Source: a virus (Duplodnaviria; Caudoviricetes). Taken from it: a DNA stretch of 63,090 nt. The stretch spans positions 1 through 63,090 of the IMG/VR virus record IMGVR_UViG_3300036398_001095. One strand, 5' to 3'. Positions 56,967 through 63,090 of this stretch are shown here, one piece after another (within the stretch, counting starts at the first letter, position 1; the number at the start of each line of letters is the position of its first letter). A program made the translations under genes and the position numbers. Below the pieces are notes generated by a model that was given only the letters and a program-made list of their open reading frames with translations, did no database searches and was not told the origin of the DNA.

Positions 56967-57271
56967 TCCCTTACCAAGTCTACCTGCGGCCCGATCAGGT
57001 TGAGAAGCTGCGCGAGAAACCTGGCATGGCTTCAGAACTTGTAAGGCAGGCGATTGATACGATCGGTGAAGCCCCTCTTGATTATCATGAGGGCTACCGC
57101 CAGGGTTTCGTAAAGGCTCAGACGGTTATTACCAAATCCACCAAGGGAAATGCCATCACCGTATTTGGCAAGACCCTTAGTGATCTTATGTGTGATGAAC
57201 TACAGGAACATATTGATGGATTATTCGGGCCACTTGATCAAAGCAGACCAACTGATGAATCGCGTGTATGA
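56939..57271 (+). CDS. Ribbon-helix-helix-like protein
   Basis: YQVYLRPDQVEKL...ASELVRQAID. Confidence 0.5.
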   Translation: MEAKYKRKLIPYQVYLRPDQVEKLREKPGMASELVRQAIDTIGEAPLDYHEGYRQGFVKAQTVITKSTKGNAITVFGKTLSDLMCDELQEHIDGLFGPLDQSRPTDESRV

Positions 57272-57410
57272 CCTTTGCGAAAGCCATGATTACATGACCG
57301 CCATGGGCCTATGCCTCGAAGCTATTACAGAAATCAAAATGGCCTACAACGTATTGAACCACCTTAGCGAACACAAGGACCAAATGATTGGTATATGGGA
57401 GAACAAATGA
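57216..57410 (+). CDS. Small hypothetical protein
   Basis: MDYSGHLIKA; ATGA coupling. Confidence 0.5.
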   Translation: MDYSGHLIKADQLMNRVYDLCESHDYMTAMGLCLEAITEIKMAYNVLNHLSEHKDQMIGIWENK

Positions 57411-57655
57411 AAACCTGCCCGCCATGCCATGGCGAATGTAACCAAGGGCGTGTATGTCCGGCAGAGAATCATCCTGCCTACGAACACTGGGAGAAGTGGT
57501 TCCCTAAGCACGGTATTGAACCGAGCAGATTTATCTTCTCTCGATCTAGCCATGGCAAGGCTTACCGTGCTGGGTATGACGCCGGCATGGAGGACGCCAA
57601 GAAGGTTGTAAATAATGGCGAGGAATGGAAGCTTTGGGACAATGATCAAGCATGA
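57407..57655 (+). CDS. Small protein with a Cys-rich N-terminus
   Basis: CPPCHGECNQGRVCP. Confidence 0.55.
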   Translation: MKTCPPCHGECNQGRVCPAENHPAYEHWEKWFPKHGIEPSRFIFSRSSHGKAYRAGYDAGMEDAKKVVNNGEEWKLWDNDQA

Positions 57656-57945
57656 CCAGGAAAGCAGATAAAGCGCACATGGATCGCGTCGCCAGTATGG
57701 GGTGCATCCTGTGCAAACACTTAGACCTTGGGGCAACCCCGGCTCAGATCCACCACATCAGAGAAGGCCAAGGTATGAGCCAGAGAGCTAGCAACTTTCT
57801 TGTAGTGCCTTTGTGCCCAACCCACCATACTGGAAGCCCCGGCATCCACGGTCTTGGCGAGAGAGGTTTCTATACCCGCTACAAACTTAGCGAGTTAGAC
57901 CTTCTTGCCATGACCATTGAGCAGTTCTACTCTTCATCCAGATAG
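57652..57945 (+). CDS. Ref-like HNH nuclease
   Basis: GCILC...QIHH...PLCPTHH...GIH. Confidence 0.7.
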   Translation: MTRKADKAHMDRVASMGCILCKHLDLGATPAQIHHIREGQGMSQRASNFLVVPLCPTHHTGSPGIHGLGERGFYTRYKLSELDLLAMTIEQFYSSSR

Positions 57946-60900
57946 ACTGTCTTCTCAAGCAAGTACTCTCGCTTGGGACTCACAATAATCCCGCGCTCTG
58001 CCCTCGATGCAGCCTTCTCACGCTGAGCAAACGAACGACGGATTGTCTTGTCATCGATTGCTTCACTGGGATTAGCAGCATTGAACTTCACAATCTCATC
58101 ACCAAGGTCCGCAAAGGCTTCATAGTCACCAGCCTGCTGCGCAAGCCATAACTTACCAAGCAGCCTTGACCTGCGCATATCCAGCGCCTTCTCAATACCT
58201 TTGATCTCGCCCATGGCCTCATAGGATCTGGCCACATCTTGCGGTGTAAACCCAACCGCCTGAGCAAAGATTCCAAAGAGCCCAACATCCGCCACGATCG
58301 GATCCCCGCGCAGGGTCGTCGCACCTTCTGTAGAGAATCGATAAGCCTTGAAGAAGTCCTTGATGATGGGCGGCATCATGGCTTCCATACCGCGGGCGTA
58401 GTGACCTTCGTTGATCTTCTTGATCGCATCACCCGTGTTGACCACAATGCCAACAGAAGGACCGAGCAAGTCAATCACCATGTTCTTGACCCACTCCTCC
58501 TCATCCTTGGCCGTTGCATCATCTCTAAACCAGATACCGTTCAAGCTGGTACGGCTGGCCAGGTCTATTTGCAGCAGTTCTGACATGGGGCCACGGCTCA
58601 TGGCTCTGGCGAAGTTATCGCCAAACAACTCGGCCATGGCAACCTTCATCTCTAGGCTGAAGTCATACGGCTCATCATCATCACCAAAGAGCGTATTCAT
58701 CACACCTTCAATCACCCAGTACAAAGGCAAGCCTTCATACCCGGCAAAGAGTGCCGTCATGCCCATGATTCCAGTGAACTTCTTGCGGGCCTCTTTACGC
58801 AACATGAGCGCATCATTGTAGACACGCTTGGCATCTGCACGCTCTTCGTCGCTAAGCCCTTCATCCAAGGTCTTAAGTCTCAGCAACTCTAAGTCTTTGT
58901 TACTTAGGAAAGCTTTGTTAAACGTATCCACAAGGAGATACGTCATCTGCTGTGCATAGTTCTTAAACTGTAAAGCCACCTGACCGATCGGCCCACGCAT
59001 GAACCTTGGCTTGGTCTCTGATGCGTACTCAAAATGAATCTGGTCTACAAGATCCCTTGCCAAACCAATGATCTCGCCATCACCGTACTTACGAACCCGG
59101 CCAGCCGCAACCTCTTGAGCGTTAATCTCTCTGGCCAAACGAATGGCAGCAAGCGCTGTAACCTGGCGGTTGAAAAGCTCGGCCTGGTTGAACATGTAAC
59201 CAAGCCCAAGCGATACCTTCTCAAAGATTCCAAGCCCCTTGGACTGCATGGCACCACGGATACCAGAGGCATAGAGCGCACTGGGCCGCTCTGCAATACC
59301 AGCAAGCGATAGCGTCTGTGTACGGTTGATCGTACTTTCCAAAGCCTTTAGTGCATCAGCCTCGAAGGTCTTACCGGCTTTACGCAACACACCCTCAAGA
59401 TCAAACTCCAAGAGCTTGGTGCGTGATGACATGAAGTCTTTTGATGCGCCATACAAGGCAGCAGAAGCCTTGGTAAATGACACATTGAACTTACCTGCCA
59501 AGGTAGGCATACCGATGATCGGTGTCTGCGTTAAGTTGACCAGCGCCGATGCAGGGGCGGTCAGGTAAAACATGAACGCAAAGTTGCTGATCTTGGACCA
59601 GATAGGATTTTGCTTCTGGGGCGCACTGAACTCTGCGTGCTGCTGCTTTAGTTCGTTCAGATACCGGCCGCGGGCATTCCCACCTCGCTCATTGAAATAC
59701 TTCTGAGCGTCACCAACGATCGCATCTAACGAACCACCATACTCAAGCCTAGCCAGATGGTAGGTGCTATGGAATACCGTCTCGGCAAAGGCACGCTTCA
59801 TGTCCATGCTTGCGCCCTTCACCTTCTTGGCATGGATGAAGTGCTTATGCACAGACAGATCCGGCATGATGCTCAGATAAGCCTGGTAGATGTCGTCCTT
59901 GAGCCTGGCCTTGGTATCCGTGGATACAAGATCGCCAACGTCTGTTTTGTCGATCGCATCAAAGATGTCGTTTAAGAAAGCTGACTTGATGACGCCCTGA
60001 GAGAACAGCTCCTTGGAATCAACGCCCGTTTTGAGGTTCTTTATCTTGCCGGACGCAATGTCCTTTTCAATACTTTGTAGGTGCGCCCGCTGGTCCGACT
60101 GAGATTCAAACATCTCATGGTAGGGGATCGTCTCACCGTTGGGCATCTTAATATCGTAGGCAACGAAGTAATCGCCAAAACGGTTGAGCGGGAAGTAGGG
60201 ACCGTCATTTAAGAACTTCTCGAACTGCTGACGCAATCCAAGTAAATTAGCTTGGCGCACAGGACCGTCCGGCAACGCAGTCATGAGCCGGCGCTCAATG
60301 ATGTCCTTCTTGCGCAAGAGCTGTGCTTTGTAAAAGTCACGGATCTTGATGAATAGCTTCTCGCCTTCCGTACCTTTGATCATCTCCCAGTTCTTGCGGA
60401 ACGATTCCTTCTTGATCTTCTCTGCCTTGATGGGATCAGTAGGATCAATGCCAGACATCCTTGCGTCTAGCATCACTTCATCCAGCGCCTTGCCTTGAAC
60501 TGGGTTCTTGTTAGACCAGTCCTGCCATTCCTGCAAAGTCTTTGCGGCCTCGGTCAGCTTGGCATCCCGGTCGTTCAACATGTTGGTGAGCACACGGTAG
60601 TACTCAGCAAACTGGGGCAACTCTTTCTTGGCTAGCTCTGATAGCTGACGCATGTTCAGGAACGACATCAGGTTCTTAGAGCTATTCATGCTTGCGTCGC
60701 CCACGAACTGGCGAAGCTTTTCCTTGGTAGCTTCAAAAGACGGCGTGTCTTTAATCATCGTATCCATGGACTTCATGCCTTCAGCAGGCGTGTCATCAAT
60801 CTTGTCCACGGCGTTGAACAAATCTTGCCGTTCATCTATTGACATGTCCTTGCCGGCATTCGTAGCGGCGCCAACACTGCTACTCATAAACAGCGGCATC

Positions 60901-62924
60901 TGTTCGGCGCTACCCAAAGGCTTTATTTTTTCAGGGGCGATGTCCCACGAATCAGCGGAAACTTTATCCAAGTATTGCTTGAAGGTTTCATTGGGGAGGT
61001 ACCTCTGATTCCGCAACTTCGCGTAGAAAGATTTCAACGCATCAGCTAAGCGTTTGAAAAACTTTTCTACAACCGTCAGTGGTTTAGCGGATGTGGTTGC
61101 CCAACGCGATACTTGGTCTGCGTACCATTCATGGAAGCTTGTCCAGTACGGGGCTAACTGCTCAGCTTTTAAGCCTTCACCGCCCTTTGTAACCTTTCCT
61201 ATGCCGCGAGGACGAAACGATTGGATAAATTCCCTGGCGTCTTTGCCCTTGCTGGACTTTATAAACTTGTTGAACTCTCTAACAATCTCGTTGTGTGTTT
61301 GAACATCAGTCTTTTCAAACACTTCATACATGTGGATGTGGCCCAGCTCGTGAGCTAGCGTCTCAAGCATCTTGCTTGTTGACATCCCGTCAGTAAAAGC
61401 TATGAAGTAGTTGCCGTCAGGCATACCCCCCATGCGGCCATACTCATTGTTTGAGCCAGCCGAACCAATCTTTCTATGTGGCCCCGTGTACTTCTCACGA
61501 TTGGCCTTGGCTTCAGAAATCGTAGTTACATAGATGTTGGGCTTGATCTTGAGCAGGTTCTTCCAGCCAAGCAACACTTGGGTTAGTTCCTTGGGAACAT
61601 TGGCTGAAGCGGTTACCCCAGAAGGATCAAACTTAATAAAAGGATTAGCGTCATGCTTTTTTTGTTCAGCGTCTTCAATAGCCTTCTTTGCGGCAATAAG
61701 CTTCGCACGCTGCTGAGTGGTTAATAAAGCTGTCGTGCCATCAGCAACATCAACATACTCATGCCTACTGCCATTCATTGCTAAGTACATGATGCTGCCG
61801 TACTTATCGCCGTAGGTGCGGATTAATGCAAGCGGGCCATCTTGGTAGGCAATCTCAAGCTTCGGATTATTTTTAACCAGGTCATCAAGGAATTTCTTCT
61901 CTTCATCCGTGCCTTTTCGTGACTGCTGCACAACCTGCTTTTGAAGCTCATCAACTTCTTTTTCAATGGCTTCTCTGTTTTCCACAAAGAAATCATAAGC
62001 CTCATCTGTATCAGGCAACGTACCATCCATCATCTGCTCCGCATAGGAGCGGGGCGTGAAGGTTACTTCAGCTCGGGCAGCTTCACGTTCAGGTCTGGCA
62101 GCTTCGCCAGGTTCAGCAACTCGCTCTTCGCCTTCGGGGATAGCTTGTTCCACTTGCTCATAAACAACTCTTTGCTCATCGGCAGCTTCCGCGGCTTTAA
62201 GATTGGCTTCAAGTTCACTGCGAAACTCCCTAATCATGGTTAACACTTCGTCTAGCTTGAGATCTAAATCAGCAAGCTCAGCCTTCGTCGTGTCGCTTAC
62301 ATAGTCGTAATTCAGGATGCGGTCTTTGAGATATTCAACCGCCTCGTTTTGCTTCATCTTCTGGTCAAACACATCCGCCTGGTCAACAGCAACAGATGAA
62401 AACTCCCCAAGCCATGGGTCCAACAGCCCGCTAACAACAGCCTTATCAAGGTTCTTATCAGATTGCGTCTTGCGTATATCCGCAACATCCTTGGCGCTTA
62501 CACCAGCTTTCTTCAGCGCATTAAGGAACGTATCTCCTTGCGTCTTACGCTTGCGCTCCCTAGCTTCAACGGCCTCTTTTTGCGTAGCTAGTTCAGCCGC
62601 TTGTTTCTCCAGCTGAGCTATTTCGTCTGTAATCCTTTGATCTTCTTCACTCAGCGGCGCCGGCCCTTCCATCGGGGGTGGCTCAACAAACTCAGGTGGA
62701 CCTTCTTCAACAACTTGCTCGGCAGCAACCTGATCAGGCGCAGCTAACTGAAGCACCTCTGCTTGAGGTACAGGGATATTCAAATCACCAGTGGGTTGTA
62801 CAGACGGCGCAGGTAACGCAGGTACAGCCTGAGCCTCACGCAAACGCTGCTCAATAGCCGGTGCATTATTGGCATAAAACTGCTGATCTTCTGGCGCCTG
62901 ACGAGGTACGCCAGCCATAATATC
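57927..62924 (-). CDS. C-terminal part of the large polyvalent / ejection protein, with a zincin-like HExxH domain and a PLxRFG domain
   Basis: ETLAHELGHIH...FHEWYAD metallopeptidase-like motif; YFPLNRFGDYFV motif; last gene of the virion module. Confidence 0.75.
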   Translation of the reverse strand, partial: DIMAGVPRQAPEDQQFYANNAPAIEQRLREAQAVPALPAPSVQPTGDLNIPVPQAEVLQLAAPDQVAAEQVVEEGPPEFVEPPPMEGPAPLSEEDQRITDEIAQLEKQAAELATQKEAVEARERKRKTQGDTFLNALKKAGVSAKDVADIRKTQSDKNLDKAVVSGLLDPWLGEFSSVAVDQADVFDQKMKQNEAVEYLKDRILNYDYVSDTTKAELADLDLKLDEVLTMIREFRSELEANLKAAEAADEQRVVYEQVEQAIPEGEERVAEPGEAARPEREAARAEVTFTPRSYAEQMMDGTLPDTDEAYDFFVENREAIEKEVDELQKQVVQQSRKGTDEEKKFLDDLVKNNPKLEIAYQDGPLALIRTYGDKYGSIMYLAMNGSRHEYVDVADGTTALLTTQQRAKLIAAKKAIEDAEQKKHDANPFIKFDPSGVTASANVPKELTQVLLGWKNLLKIKPNIYVTTISEAKANREKYTGPHRKIGSAGSNNEYGRMGGMPDGNYFIAFTDGMSTSKMLETLAHELGHIHMYEVFEKTDVQTHNEIVREFNKFIKSSKGKDAREFIQSFRPRGIGKVTKGGEGLKAEQLAPYWTSFHEWYADQVSRWATTSAKPLTVVEKFFKRLADALKSFYAKLRNQRYLPNETFKQYLDKVSADSWDIAPEKIKPLGSAEQMPLFMSSSVGAATNAGKDMSIDERQDLFNAVDKIDDTPAEGMKSMDTMIKDTPSFEATKEKLRQFVGDASMNSSKNLMSFLNMRQLSELAKKELPQFAEYYRVLTNMLNDRDAKLTEAAKTLQEWQDWSNKNPVQGKALDEVMLDARMSGIDPTDPIKAEKIKKESFRKNWEMIKGTEGEKLFIKIRDFYKAQLLRKKDIIERRLMTALPDGPVRQANLLGLRQQFEKFLNDGPYFPLNRFGDYFVAYDIKMPNGETIPYHEMFESQSDQRAHLQSIEKDIASGKIKNLKTGVDSKELFSQGVIKSAFLNDIFDAIDKTDVGDLVSTDTKARLKDDIYQAYLSIMPDLSVHKHFIHAKKVKGASMDMKRAFAETVFHSTYHLARLEYGGSLDAIVGDAQKYFNERGGNARGRYLNELKQQHAEFSAPQKQNPIWSKISNFAFMFYLTAPASALVNLTQTPIIGMPTLAGKFNVSFTKASAALYGASKDFMSSRTKLLEFDLEGVLRKAGKTFEADALKALESTINRTQTLSLAGIAERPSALYASGIRGAMQSKGLGIFEKVSLGLGYMFNQAELFNRQVTALAAIRLAREINAQEVAAGRVRKYGDGEIIGLARDLVDQIHFEYASETKPRFMRGPIGQVALQFKNYAQQMTYLLVDTFNKAFLSNKDLELLRLKTLDEGLSDEERADAKRVYNDALMLRKEARKKFTGIMGMTALFAGYEGLPLYWVIEGVMNTLFGDDDEPYDFSLEMKVAMAELFGDNFARAMSRGPMSELLQIDLASRTSLNGIWFRDDATAKDEEEWVKNMVIDLLGPSVGIVVNTGDAIKKINEGHYARGMEAMMPPIIKDFFKAYRFSTEGATTLRGDPIVADVGLFGIFAQAVGFTPQDVARSYEAMGEIKGIEKALDMRRSRLLGKLWLAQQAGDYEAFADLGDEIVKFNAANPSEAIDDKTIRRSFAQREKAASRAERGIIVSPKREYLLEKTVYLDEE

Positions 62925-63090
62925 CGCCACAAATTGCTCGAAATATTTCTGATCAACAGGCGTTTCTGTGAAGATTTCTGGCGGTACTTGATAGCCAACA
63001 CTTGAAGGTTGTGGCGTAAGTGCTTGATCTGTAACAATGTCAGGGGTAATCCCGCCAGCTGGCGGGATTTGATACTTTAGTAGGGTGTCG
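62925..63090. repeat. Terminal direct repeat / circular overlap, copy 2
   Basis: Same sequence as 1-166; implies a 62,924-bp circular map. Confidence 0.95.

Noticed and set aside
1-63090. Integrase, DNA polymerase, tRNA genes, reverse transcriptase / DGR
   Set aside because: No diagnostic motifs or cloverleaf seen; the tail fibre repeats differ at synonymous sites, not in an adenine-specific way

Overview
The window is an apparently complete, circularly closed genome of about 62.9 kb from a tailed dsDNA phage. Bases 1-166 repeat at 62925-63090 with one mismatch. The architecture is podovirus-like, with sigma70-type promoters; a proteobacterial host is an inference only. The minus strand from 39063 down to 1 and on through 62924-57927 carries the packaging, virion and lysis genes: TerS, a TerL with two inteins, portal, GroES, scaffold, a Mu-gpT-like major capsid, tail, fibre and ejection proteins, a GH24 lysozyme, and a 2074-aa polyvalent protein spanning the junction. 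Small early genes and an exonuclease/ERF/SSB recombination module lie on the plus strand (39.2-42.6 kb and 51.3-57.9 kb). A minus-strand replication operon occupies 42.6-51.2 kb. Main finding: that operon contains a TIGR-Tas-type RNA-guided system. A nuclease-less Nop/IS110-domain gene (TasA-like, 47604-48398) is followed directly by about 42 dual-repeat units of 36 nt (46090-47610) and then a ParB-like gene. Other notable items: a 40-bp palindromic element at four dispersed sites that puts the same peptide into three unrelated proteins; an intein with an endonuclease VII gene nested in another reading frame with its own RBS; a class 3 intein; a c4/CI-like antisense RNA; and an inverted, scrambled fragment of a bacterial rhuM gene. 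All assignments come from reading motifs by eye; no database searches were run.
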